Positions 10,044-19,744 of a stretch of 47,830 bases of DNA are shown here, one piece after another (within the stretch, counting starts at the first letter, position 1; each line of letters opens with the position of its first letter). The notes under the pieces are model-generated. The model saw only the letters and a list, made by a program, of their open reading frames with translations, did not search any database and was not told where the DNA came from. The translations under genes were made by a program, and so were the position numbers. Source of the stretch: Pontiella sp. (GTDB lineage Bacteria > Verrucomicrobiota > Kiritimatiellia > Kiritimatiellales > Pontiellaceae); the NCBI GenBank assembly GCA_050290185.1, contig JBNKHE010000012.1, positions 1 to 47,830 of the forward strand, read 5' to 3'.

Positions 10044-12227
10044 ATGATAAAATTCAGCCCCCTAATCGTCACCCTCCTGGTTGCCAGCTCGTCGTTGGCC
10101 GAAGACGCCGTGCGCACCATCGGCTTTAAGCCACTTGAAATCTACACCTTCAAGCCCGGCTCTTCCCGACTCCTGGTTGAAGATCTCAACAACGATGGAC
10201 TCGATGACGTGGTCTTTGCCAACAACCATGTTTCGCGGATCGAAATCCTCCTGCGCAAACCCGATCCCGCCGAACCACTGGAAGACCTCCCCGAACTGGA
10301 GGAATGCTTCGAGGACCGGGGCATCATTGTCGACCAAGGCATCAAGACGCTCCGGATTGCGGATCTCAATGGCGACGAACTTAAAGACTTGGTCATCTTT
10401 GGAACCTCCCTCGGACTTCAGATCCTCTACCAGCAGGAAGAAGGAACCTTCGGAGAGCCGGAACGAATTTTTATCCAGGATCTCGCGGAAGTCGCCTCCT
10501 TCCAGGTCGGCGACCTGAATAGCGACGGACTCAAGGACATCCTGATCTGCCGCCGCGATCAGGCCGACCTGCTCTGGAACAGCGCAGACCACTCGTTCCT
10601 GGAAAGAAAGGTTCTGCCCTTCTCCAGCGAAAACTGCTACTATGGCAAGGTCTTAGACGTCAACATGGATGGCACCCCCGATCTGATGTTCCATTTTTCC
10701 ATCGCACGCAACCCGGTAAAAATCCGCTACGGCCAAGGAGACGGGATTTTCGGGATCGAGCAACCGGTCGATCTTCCCCCGCGGCAGTACACGGAAATCA
10801 TCGATGTCGAAGGCGAGGCTCCCCGCCTGGGCATGGTGCTCCAAAACCGCCTGGCGTTCCGCCTATATGGATTCGAGGAAATAGAACAACCCCAGCTGAT
10901 GGCGGTACAGGAAACCGCACCCCGCCGCATCGGCCTCGAAGGGACCAGTAAGAAATCTTCGCCGGCATGGCTGGCCGGCGACTTCAATAACGATCAATAC
11001 GACGACCTGCTCGTAGCGGCCCCCGAACTGAGCCGCATGCATCTATACCTTGGTAATGCCGAAGGCCTGAACCCCGAACCGCAGCGGATCGACACCCTCT
11101 CCGAAGTGGATCAGATGTCGCGCATGGCCAACGGCGATGTTCTGGTCGTCAGCAAGAAGGAAAAGATCGCAGCCGTCCACACGGCAGGCAACCTAGACCA
11201 GTTCCCCCGGATATTACAGACTCCCGGCGATGTCCTGACCGGTTGCGCCATGCAAACCGCCAACGAAGCCTGGCTCGTCTGCAAGAACGAAGACAAAAAA
11301 CTGAAGCTCGTTTGTGTTCCCTCCGATGGCACCGATGGCAATGAATATGACCTCGATATGCGCAACGATCCCTCCAGCCTGCTGGCCTTCCAGCTGCCCG
11401 AAGGTAAAACGGGGATCATCCTTTTCATGGCGTACAACACCCCGAAAATGATGCTGATCGAAAGTGGCGAAATGACGGAACTGACCAGCAGTTCCTTCCG
11501 CGCCCTCACCCAGTCCCTCTCCTACGAAAACATACAGCTCGGCCAGCAGGGGGACGGCACAACGCTCACCGTTTCCCAAGGTGCCATCGCCCGCCGCTTT
11601 GAATGGAAGACCGACCACTATGAAGCGGTCCGCCAGCTCAATCCCGAAAACCCGCAGGGTGACCTGATTGCCTCCTGCGACTACACCCTGCTCGACGGCT
11701 CCAACGGCATTATGATCTACGACCGCAACGCCGGCGATCTCGTCCACTTTTCCGACGGCGAGGAGTGGGGCAAAATCCATATTGACGATGCCGACCAGAC
11801 CATCTTCAACCTCGTCCAGCTCCACAATCCAGAACGAGACATCATCGTACTGCTCGACCGGACTGGAATAAACGAGCTCATGGGCAACGGCACGCGTCTC
11901 GAAGCCGTTGCCGGCGCAGAATATACCTCCCCCTCCGAAGAACCGTTGCTGGCCTACGCCATCGATGTCAGGCTGGGATCCCCGCCGGAACCAATGATTG
12001 CCCTGGTCGACTCCGCCAACCGCGCCATCGAAATCGTAAAGAAAAAGGACGGCGAACTGGTGCGCGAAGTCTCCTTCGAAGTCTTCCTCATCTCCGACTT
12101 TGCCGATGTGCGCTCCTCGCGCAGCACCGAACCCCACGATCTCGACTCCGGAGACCTTAACGGTGATGGTATCGGCGACCTCGTCCTGCTCAGCCAAGAC
12201 AAGCTCCTCATCTATCTCGGGGAATAA
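10044..12227 (+). CDS. Exported FG-GAP/VCBS repeat (beta-propeller) protein
   Basis: Signal peptide; repeated DLNxDGxxD motifs (DLNNDGLDD, DLNGDELKD, DLNSDGLKD, DVNMDGTPD, DFNNDQYDD, DLNGDGIGD). Confidence 0.85.
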   Translation: MIKFSPLIVTLLVASSSLAEDAVRTIGFKPLEIYTFKPGSSRLLVEDLNNDGLDDVVFANNHVSRIEILLRKPDPAEPLEDLPELEECFEDRGIIVDQGIKTLRIADLNGDELKDLVIFGTSLGLQILYQQEEGTFGEPERIFIQDLAEVASFQVGDLNSDGLKDILICRRDQADLLWNSADHSFLERKVLPFSSENCYYGKVLDVNMDGTPDLMFHFSIARNPVKIRYGQGDGIFGIEQPVDLPPRQYTEIIDVEGEAPRLGMVLQNRLAFRLYGFEEIEQPQLMAVQETAPRRIGLEGTSKKSSPAWLAGDFNNDQYDDLLVAAPELSRMHLYLGNAEGLNPEPQRIDTLSEVDQMSRMANGDVLVVSKKEKIAAVHTAGNLDQFPRILQTPGDVLTGCAMQTANEAWLVCKNEDKKLKLVCVPSDGTDGNEYDLDMRNDPSSLLAFQLPEGKTGIILFMAYNTPKMMLIESGEMTELTSSSFRALTQSLSYENIQLGQQGDGTTLTVSQGAIARRFEWKTDHYEAVRQLNPENPQGDLIASCDYTLLDGSNGIMIYDRNAGDLVHFSDGEEWGKIHIDDADQTIFNLVQLHNPERDIIVLLDRTGINELMGNGTRLEAVAGAEYTSPSEEPLLAYAIDVRLGSPPEPMIALVDSANRAIEIVKKKDGELVREVSFEVFLISDFADVRSSRSTEPHDLDSGDLNGDGIGDLVLLSQDKLLIYLGE

Positions 12228-12423
12228 CCAGGTCCATAGAATCCATGCTAAGACATGGATTGGATGTAGACCAATGAGGGAGGAAAATGGACCTTGCTTC
12301 ATGATGCAATGTCGGGCTAGACACCCATTGCCGCTCAACGGGATAGGAAGTGGCCCATAAATCACGCAACGGCAACGCTTCGGCGCGTAAAAAAATACAT
12401 GAAGCTCCTGGGAGGCAGAAAAC

Positions 12424-12765
12424 ATGCATAAGAGCCCATCCAGAAAATCAGAGACTTTTCTAATGGCCGGCCACTGGCATTTGTATGGATTCTATTTCAA
12501 CCGCGAGGATCCGCGAATCATTGTTCCGAAGCGCTGGCGTTCGATGGGCTGGACGATGAACTTTGCGCGCCCCATGGCCATTCCACTTCTACTCGTCATT
12601 GCCACACTTGCTCTGGCGCCGTTCATGGCTCTCGACTATTATGAAGTGGAATTCGGCGGGGCCTACCTTCTGGCCTTTCTTGCCGTGCTGGTTGCGCTGG
12701 TCACCTTTTGCTCGCGGATGTCGGACCTGTCCCGCTTTGAAAAGATGCTCAATGACCCGGAATAA
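12424..12765 (+). CDS. Small membrane protein, DUF5808-like
   Basis: FYFNREDPRIIVPKR...GWTMNFARP motif followed by two hydrophobic helices; true start may be the later Met (MAGHW). Confidence 0.7.
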   Translation: MHKSPSRKSETFLMAGHWHLYGFYFNREDPRIIVPKRWRSMGWTMNFARPMAIPLLLVIATLALAPFMALDYYEVEFGGAYLLAFLAVLVALVTFCSRMSDLSRFEKMLNDPE

Positions 12766-12886
12766 AAAAAGGGCGCTACGCCAATGCAGGAAATACGGCA
12801 GGAAAAACCGTAAAAAAGCAATTGCCATATTGCCCTGACACTGGAAGATAGGGCGCTGTTTAGCAAAATGTGGAAACGGGGCAGAA

Positions 12887-13897
12887 ATGAATTTACAGGA
12901 CTTGATCGATCTTAAGGAAAAAGCGCTGAACGAAGCGCGTTCCGCAGCCGATGCGGCAACGCTCGAAACCGTGCGCATCGAATACCTGGGCCGCAAGGGC
13001 AAGCTACCGGAAATCATGCTGGAATTGCGCAATGTGACCCCCGAAGAGCGTCCGATGTTCGGCAAGACCGCCAATGAGCTGAAGAACGAACTGGCGGACA
13101 TGATCAAAGCCCGTCAGACCGAGTTTGCTGGAAGCGCTTCTTCATCCGCCGGCTTCGATCTCTCCCAGCCGGGCCAGTGGCAGGGACTCGGAACCCGCCA
13201 TCCGATCACACAGATTACCGACCGCATCACGCAGATATTCCAAACTCTCGGCTTCACGGTGGCCGATGGCCCGGACATCGAAACGGTATGGAACAACTTT
13301 GATGCACTTAACACCCCGGCGGACCATCCATCGCGCGACGAGCAGGATACCTTCTACCTTCAGAACGGCGACCTGATGCGCTGCCACACCTCGCCGGTGC
13401 AGGTACGTTACATGATGGAGCACAAGCCGCCGGTTCGGATCATCTCCCCCGGCCGCTGCTACCGCCGCGATACCCCCGACGCCACCCACAGCGCCAACTT
13501 CCATCAGGTGGAAGGGCTCTATGTGGATGAAAACGTATCGCTGGCCGACCTTAAGGGCACGCTTTCCTACTTCGCCCGCGAGCTCATGGGCCCGGATGTA
13601 AAGATCCGATTCCGCCCCCACTTCTTTCCCTTCACCGAACCGAGTGTCGAAGTCGATTTCACCTGCCACGTCTGCCACGGCAAAGGCTGCCGCGTATGCA
13701 AGAACAGCGGATGGATCGAAATCCTCGGCGCGGGCATGGTGGATCCCAACGTATTCAAAGCCGTGGGCTATGACGGAACCAGGCTCTCGGGCTTTGCGTT
13801 CGGCATGGGCATTGAACGCATCACCATGATTCTGTACGGCATTCACGACATCCGGAACTTGTACGAAAACGACGTACGCTTCCTTTCCCAATTCTAG
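12887..13897 (+). CDS. pheS: Phenylalanine-tRNA ligase alpha subunit
   Basis: HPI, NFDALN.P.DHPSR..QDTFY, HTSPVQ, FHQVEGL, FPFTEPS, GFAFGMGIER. Confidence 0.98.
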   Translation: MNLQDLIDLKEKALNEARSAADAATLETVRIEYLGRKGKLPEIMLELRNVTPEERPMFGKTANELKNELADMIKARQTEFAGSASSSAGFDLSQPGQWQGLGTRHPITQITDRITQIFQTLGFTVADGPDIETVWNNFDALNTPADHPSRDEQDTFYLQNGDLMRCHTSPVQVRYMMEHKPPVRIISPGRCYRRDTPDATHSANFHQVEGLYVDENVSLADLKGTLSYFARELMGPDVKIRFRPHFFPFTEPSVEVDFTCHVCHGKGCRVCKNSGWIEILGAGMVDPNVFKAVGYDGTRLSGFAFGMGIERITMILYGIHDIRNLYENDVRFLSQF

Positions 13898-13909
13898 GAG
13901 TTTTCCCCC

Positions 13910-15208
13910 ATGTCAGATCTAAAGATTATCAAGGCCGACGAACTCGGCCCCGCTAAATACCCCTCACCACTCAAGGGCCAGATCAGCCGTTTCTACAACG
14001 GCGAGGCGATCGCCACCGGCGACCGCACCAAGGATTTGGCCAATCTCGAAAGCATCGAGGATATCGAATACTTCGAACTCGCCGGTCCACGCGAAAAGCT
14101 TTTTTTCAATCCCGAGGAAACCACGGTAGGTATCGTAACCTGCGGCGGTCTCTGCCCGGGGCTTAACGATGTCATTCGCGCCCTGACCTTCTGCAGCCTC
14201 AACAGCTACGGCGTTAAACGCGTACTTGGCTTCAAGTTCGGCTATGAAGGTTTGGTCGCCAAGTACTACCACTACCCCATTGAGCTCACGACGGAAAATA
14301 CCGACGAGATTCACGAAAAAGGCGGAACCATTCTTAAATCATCGCGTGGCAGCCAGAATACAGATGAAATTATCAACACGCTCCTCCATTACGGCGTGAA
14401 CATTCTCTTTACCATCGGCGGTGACGGTACGCAGCGCGGCGCACGCGATATCGTCGAGGAGGTCAAGGCCCGCAACCTTCCGATCTCCGTCGTTGGGATA
14501 CCAAAAACCATCGACAACGACATCGATCTTATCCAGCGTTCCTTCGGGTTTGAAACGGCCGTGGAAGCCACTTGGGACAGCATCACCAATGCTCATGCGG
14601 AGGCTAAGGCGTTCCGCAACGGCGTCGGACTGGTTAAGCTGATGGGCCGCGAATCGGGATGGATCGCGGCAAGTGCCACGCTTTCAAATGGCAACGTCAA
14701 CTTCTGCCTTGTGCCGGAAGTGCCGTTCGACCTCCACGGTCCCAATGGGTTCCTCGCGCATCTGAAAACGCGCCTGCAGAACAAGGAGCACGCCGTGGTC
14801 GTGGTCGCGGAAGGTGCAGGTCAGTATCTCTTCGATGAAGCTCTCGGCAAGGACAAATCAGGCAACAAGAAACTACAGGATGTGGGCGACCTTTTGAGCG
14901 ATGAGATCCAGACCTACTTCAAGAGCGAAGGCATGGAAGTAAACGTTAAATACTTCGACCCCAGCTACAACATACGCAGCCGCCGGGCCAATGCCAACGA
15001 CTCGATGTACTGCCTGCGCCTCGGCAACAACGCGGTCCACGCCGCCATGGCCGGAAAGACGAACATGATCGTGGGCCTCCACCACGATAGACTGATCCAT
15101 CTGCCGATCCCGATGATCGGTGCACGAAAGACCATTGATCCGCAAAGCTGGTTCTGGCAGACGGTTGTGCAAGCTACCCACCAGCCGGCCAATATGGTCA
15201 ACCAATAG
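13910..15208 (+). CDS. pfkA: ATP-dependent 6-phosphofructokinase (group X-like)
   Basis: AGPRE, VTCGGLCPGLNDVIR, GGDGT (Gly, ATP-type), PKTIDND, KLMGR. Confidence 0.9.
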   Translation: MSDLKIIKADELGPAKYPSPLKGQISRFYNGEAIATGDRTKDLANLESIEDIEYFELAGPREKLFFNPEETTVGIVTCGGLCPGLNDVIRALTFCSLNSYGVKRVLGFKFGYEGLVAKYYHYPIELTTENTDEIHEKGGTILKSSRGSQNTDEIINTLLHYGVNILFTIGGDGTQRGARDIVEEVKARNLPISVVGIPKTIDNDIDLIQRSFGFETAVEATWDSITNAHAEAKAFRNGVGLVKLMGRESGWIAASATLSNGNVNFCLVPEVPFDLHGPNGFLAHLKTRLQNKEHAVVVVAEGAGQYLFDEALGKDKSGNKKLQDVGDLLSDEIQTYFKSEGMEVNVKYFDPSYNIRSRRANANDSMYCLRLGNNAVHAAMAGKTNMIVGLHHDRLIHLPIPMIGARKTIDPQSWFWQTVVQATHQPANMVNQ

Positions 15209-15288
15209 TCTCCATTTCGCTGACCATTCAGCGTTGAACGCTTTCACCTTCCGTTGTGTCTCAAAACGGACGCACAGGAGGAGGGATC

Positions 15289-15984
15289 ATGATTCGCATC
15301 AGGAAATCAGAAGATCGTGGACACGCCAATCACGGCTGGCTGGACACCCATCATACCTTTTCGTTTGGCTCCTACTTCGATCCTAAACACACCCGCTTGG
15401 GATCTCTCCGCGTAATCAATGAAGACTGGATTCAAGGCGAACAGGGATTCGGCACACATCCCCATGAAAACATGGAGATTATTACCTATATCATTGAGGG
15501 CGAGCTGGAACACCGCGACAGCATGGGAAATGGATCCATCATCCGCCCCGGCGAGTTGCAGCGGATGACGGCCGGCACCGGCGTCACCCATAGCGAATTC
15601 AACCCCACCGGAAAACCCACCCACCTGCTGCAGATCTGGATCATTCCGGAGACTCCCGGATTGCCACCCAGCTACGAGCAGCGTGAGTTCCCCGGTCTTC
15701 ACGAATCCAACACCTTGACCTTGCTGGCATCCCGCAATGGCAGGGATGGAAGCCTGACCGTCCATCAGGATGTCGAAGTTTATGGTGGCCGGCTGGAGGC
15801 TGGCAACGTTCAGGAATATTCTATCCAGCCCGAACGACAGGTCTGGATCCAGATCATAAAAGGCGACCTCGATCTCAACGGTCTTGCCGTGAAGCCCGGC
15901 GACGGCGCCGCCCTCAGTGATGAAGGACCCATCACCCTTTCCGCCAAAACGAACTCCGAATTTATCCTGTTCAATCTGGTTTAA
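15289..15984 (+). CDS. Pirin family protein (YhhW-like)
   Basis: RGHANHGWL..HTFSF, FGTHPH.NMEI, H.DSMGN, MTAGTGVTHSE; RBS GGAGGAGG before ATG 15289. Confidence 0.92.
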   Translation: MIRIRKSEDRGHANHGWLDTHHTFSFGSYFDPKHTRLGSLRVINEDWIQGEQGFGTHPHENMEIITYIIEGELEHRDSMGNGSIIRPGELQRMTAGTGVTHSEFNPTGKPTHLLQIWIIPETPGLPPSYEQREFPGLHESNTLTLLASRNGRDGSLTVHQDVEVYGGRLEAGNVQEYSIQPERQVWIQIIKGDLDLNGLAVKPGDGAALSDEGPITLSAKTNSEFILFNLV

Positions 15985-15987
15985 ACG

Positions 15988-17403
15988 ATGTCCACCCCAA
16001 CCGTCATCCACTGGTTTCGGCAGGACTTGCGGATTGGCGACAACCCCGCCCTCTCCGCGGCGGCGGAATATGGCCGGGTGCTTCCAATCTATATTCTCGA
16101 TGATGTGCATCCCGGAGCACATGCCCTAGGCGGAGCAAGCCGCTGGTGGCTTCACCACTCTCTCAAGGCTCTGGATCATGCACTGGATGGAAAGCTTCTG
16201 TTGTTTTCCGGGGATCCACTGAAAATCATCCCGGCGCTGACACGAAAATACGGAATTACACGCATTTACTGGAATCGTTGTTACGAACCATGGCGCACGA
16301 ACCGGGACAGCCGGCTTAAGGACGTGCTGAAAGCTTCGGATATCAAGATACGCAGCTTTAATGGGTCCTTGCTCTGGGAACCCTGGGATGTGCTGAAACA
16401 GGATGGCACGCCCTATAAAGTCTTCACGCCATACTATCAGAATGGATGCCTGAAATCGGAACGACCGCGCAAACCCTTGTTGCGGCCCGCCAAACTAGAC
16501 ATGGCCACCGACATTGCCGAATCGAAAGCACTGAACGAATTAAAGCTGCGTCCCAAATCACAATGGGATCGAAAGCTGGAGCCGCACTGGGAAACCGGCG
16601 AAACCGCTGCCCATTCCTGCCTGCATAGATTCCTGGAGCATGGCATCTCAGGCTATAAAGAAAAGCGCGACTTCCCCGCCTTGCGAAATGTTTCGCGGCT
16701 ATCGCCGCATCTGCACTGGGGGGAAATATCGCCCCATCAGGTATGGCATGCCGCCGCCTGTCTGGGAAAAAACGAAGATGTGGAGCATTTCCACCGGGAA
16801 CTGTGCTGGCGCGAGTTCTCCCACTATTTGCTGTATCACTTCCCCGACCTGCCCGACAAAAACTTCAACCGCAAGTTCGACCGATTTCCCTGGAAACAGA
16901 ATATGGAGCGGCTTGTCCGCTGGCAAACCGGCCGAACCGGCATACCGATTGTCGACGCAGGCATGCGCGAACTCTGGCAGACCGGCTATATGCATAACCG
17001 TGTCCGCATGATTACGGCATCCTTCCTCTCCAAGAACCTGTTGTTGCACTGGCAGCATGGGCGGGCATGGTTTTCGGACTGCCTGGTGGATGCCAATCTG
17101 GCCAATAACTGCGCCAACTGGCAATGGGTAGCCGGATGCGGCGCCGACGCCGCCCCGTACTTCCGGATCTTCAATCCCGTCACACAAGGCCAAAGGTTTG
17201 ATACGGGCGGGGAATACACCCGTAGTTTTGTACCCGAGCTCGAGCGCGTGCCCGACCGGTTCCTGTTCAATCCCTGGGAGGCTCCGGAAGATATTCTGCA
17301 TGAAGCCGGCGTGGTTCTGGGCGAGACCTATCCCCATCCGGTGGTCGACCTGAAAACATCACGTCTGGAGGCCTTGGAAGCCTACGCGAAAATCAAGAGA
17401 TAG
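15988..17403 (+). CDS. phrB: Deoxyribodipyrimidine (CPD) photolyase
   Basis: WFRQDLR..DNPAL, SRLSPHLHWGEIS, TG.PIVDAGMRELWQTGYMHNRVRM, WQWVAGCGADAAPYFRIFNP. Confidence 0.93.
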   Translation: MSTPTVIHWFRQDLRIGDNPALSAAAEYGRVLPIYILDDVHPGAHALGGASRWWLHHSLKALDHALDGKLLLFSGDPLKIIPALTRKYGITRIYWNRCYEPWRTNRDSRLKDVLKASDIKIRSFNGSLLWEPWDVLKQDGTPYKVFTPYYQNGCLKSERPRKPLLRPAKLDMATDIAESKALNELKLRPKSQWDRKLEPHWETGETAAHSCLHRFLEHGISGYKEKRDFPALRNVSRLSPHLHWGEISPHQVWHAAACLGKNEDVEHFHRELCWREFSHYLLYHFPDLPDKNFNRKFDRFPWKQNMERLVRWQTGRTGIPIVDAGMRELWQTGYMHNRVRMITASFLSKNLLLHWQHGRAWFSDCLVDANLANNCANWQWVAGCGADAAPYFRIFNPVTQGQRFDTGGEYTRSFVPELERVPDRFLFNPWEAPEDILHEAGVVLGETYPHPVVDLKTSRLEALEAYAKIKR

Positions 17404-17447
17404 GATAAGTTTGTAGTTACGCCTTCTGGCAGTTATGCCCCAGGTTC

Positions 17448-18935
17448 TCACCGGCAGGAAATGGCGCGGAACGCTTCGGGGAGCTTCTCGATCAAATCCG
17501 TAGCGATGATTCCTGACTGGGATTTATCGGCCGCCGCCAGATCACCCGCACGGCCATGCAGCCAGACGCCGGAACAGGCCGCCTCAAAGGGATCAATCCC
17601 CTGCCCCGCCAAAGCAGCAATAACACCGGCCAGCACATCCCCGGACCCACCGGATGCCATACCGGGATTCCCGGTCAGGTTGATCGCCAGCCTTTGATCC
17701 GAAGAGGCAACAATGGTACCCGCACCCTTCAAAACTACCGTGGCCCCGAGCCTGGCGGCGGCCATCTTTGCCATGCCAGACCGGTCCTCCTGAACTTCGT
17801 CCACCTTGAGTCCGAACAGCGCGGCAAATTCACCGGGGTGTGGAGTCAGGATGACCGGGCATTGAGCTTTGGAAATCATGTCGAACTGATCGGCCAAAAC
17901 CGTCACGGCATCAGCATCGAGAATCAGCGGGGCGTTTGAGCTCTCCAGTAGATGCAGAATCTGTTCGCGGGTGGTCGCGGTCTGCCCCATGCCCGGTCCG
18001 GCCAGAATGGCGCTCCAATTACCTTCGGGCAAACAGGAATGTACCATTGCCTCGGGCACAACGGGCGCCACCAGCGGATGGATCGATTCGGGCACATGGG
18101 CGGATACCAGTCCGGCGCCGGACCGCAACGTGGCCTTGGAGGCCATGGCGATGGCTCCGCTGAAGCCTTTGGAGCCGCCAATACACAGCACGTGCCCAAA
18201 GACCCCCTTGTGCGCATCGCGAGGACGCCGCGGAAAGAGCGGAACCAGATCGGATGGATGAATCAGCTCGATGCCGGTCTCGCTCTGTACTGCCTCAATG
18301 AACTCCGCGGGGATGCCGATGTCCACCACGTCCAGGTTGCCGACACAATCGATATTGTCGGATTCCACACAATCGATCTTGGGTAGCCCCATGGTCACGG
18401 TCAGATCGGCACGGACCGCCATGGCCGAGGGGACATCAATCGCCACAATCAGTGCCCGGTCAGCCTGGGCATCGACAAATTCGATGGCATCGCCAATGAC
18501 GCCGCGCGGCTCGCCGGACGCTCCCGTTCCCAGCAGTCCATCCACGACGATTTCGGCATCGGTTCCGCAGGTTCGGGCATGTATCCAATCTTCGGACTGT
18601 TCCAGCACGTGTATCGAAACGCCCGCCTTTTTCATCTGTCTGAAATGGGTAAGGGCATCGCCCTTCAGCTTGCTTTCCGGACAGACCAGCCAGCATTCCA
18701 CCGGCCAATCGTCTTCGTGAAGACAACGGGCTGCTACAAATGCATCACCGCCGTTATTACCGGGGCCGGCAACGAACAGGACCGGGGCATCGACCAGATG
18801 ATGGGCATCGGCCAGCTTTTTGATGGCATCGGCCAAGCCTTCTCCGGCAATCAACATCAGTTCTTCGCCGGGGATTCCGGATTCGATGGTCCGGCGGTCG
18901 AGCTCGCGCATTTGACTGGCAGTGACTAGTTTCAT
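17448..18935 (-). CDS. nnr: Bifunctional NAD(P)H-hydrate epimerase/dehydratase
   Basis: GPGNNGGD, DGLLGTG, AIDVPS (epimerase); HKG.FG, GPGMG, LDADA, TPHPGE, GGSGDVLAG (dehydratase). Confidence 0.93.
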   Translation of the reverse strand: MKLVTASQMRELDRRTIESGIPGEELMLIAGEGLADAIKKLADAHHLVDAPVLFVAGPGNNGGDAFVAARCLHEDDWPVECWLVCPESKLKGDALTHFRQMKKAGVSIHVLEQSEDWIHARTCGTDAEIVVDGLLGTGASGEPRGVIGDAIEFVDAQADRALIVAIDVPSAMAVRADLTVTMGLPKIDCVESDNIDCVGNLDVVDIGIPAEFIEAVQSETGIELIHPSDLVPLFPRRPRDAHKGVFGHVLCIGGSKGFSGAIAMASKATLRSGAGLVSAHVPESIHPLVAPVVPEAMVHSCLPEGNWSAILAGPGMGQTATTREQILHLLESSNAPLILDADAVTVLADQFDMISKAQCPVILTPHPGEFAALFGLKVDEVQEDRSGMAKMAAARLGATVVLKGAGTIVASSDQRLAINLTGNPGMASGGSGDVLAGVIAALAGQGIDPFEAACSGVWLHGRAGDLAAADKSQSGIIATDLIEKLPEAFRAISCR

Positions 18936-19005
18936 GACAGAACGTGAAGAGTGACGATTGAAACGCGCATGAGACTGCTCGTTTCACGGTTCACAGATCC
19001 ACTCC

Positions 19006-19728
19006 TCATCCTTCATATTCCTGCATCGCCCCAAGCAGTTCCGAAACCGCTTTCTCCATGCCGTGAAAGACGGAACGGCAGATGATGCTGTGACCGATGT
19101 TAAGCGTATCGAGATGGGGAATGCAGAGGATGCCGCCAAGATTTTCAAGATTGATGCCGTGGCCGGCATTGACCTTCAGCCCCAGCGAGTGGGCATGGTC
19201 TGCTCCCTGGATCAATTGCTGAAGCAACTCGGGTCGGGCATTGATTTCCGCGTCGCAATACGCACCGGTATGTAGTTCCACAACGGGAGCACCGAGCTCT
19301 TTGCAGGCGGAAAGGGTTTCCTCGTGAGCATCGACAAACAGGCTCACCTTGATGCCGGAATCCGAGAGACTTTGGACGGTGGACTTGAGCGAATCATAGT
19401 GGCCGAGCACGTCCAATCCGCCCTCGGTGGTCAATTCCTGTCGCTTTTCAGGAACGAGGCATACCTCGGCCGGCTTGACGTTCAAAGCGATCTCTATGAT
19501 CGACTCCACGTTTGCCATTTCCAGATTAAGAGGCAAAGGCTGAAGCTCTTTCAGGCGGAAAATGTCGTCGTCCTGTATGTGCCGCCGATCCTCGCGCAGG
19601 TGGGCCGTAATACTGTGTGCGCCGGCACGGCCGCATAGAATCGCCGCATCCAGCGGGTCGGGATAGACCGTACCACGCGCCTGCCGCAGGGTCGCGACAT
19701 GATCAACATTGACTCCGAGTTTCATCAT
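19006..19728 (-). CDS. pdxJ: Pyridoxine 5'-phosphate synthase
   Basis: LGVNVDHVATLRQAR, HLREDRRHI, NLEMA, TTEGGL, ELHTG, NAGHG, NIGH. Confidence 0.97.
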   Translation of the reverse strand: MMKLGVNVDHVATLRQARGTVYPDPLDAAILCGRAGAHSITAHLREDRRHIQDDDIFRLKELQPLPLNLEMANVESIIEIALNVKPAEVCLVPEKRQELTTEGGLDVLGHYDSLKSTVQSLSDSGIKVSLFVDAHEETLSACKELGAPVVELHTGAYCDAEINARPELLQQLIQGADHAHSLGLKVNAGHGINLENLGGILCIPHLDTLNIGHSIICRSVFHGMEKAVSELLGAMQEYEG

Positions 19729-19744
19729 ATTCTCCGTAAAACGG

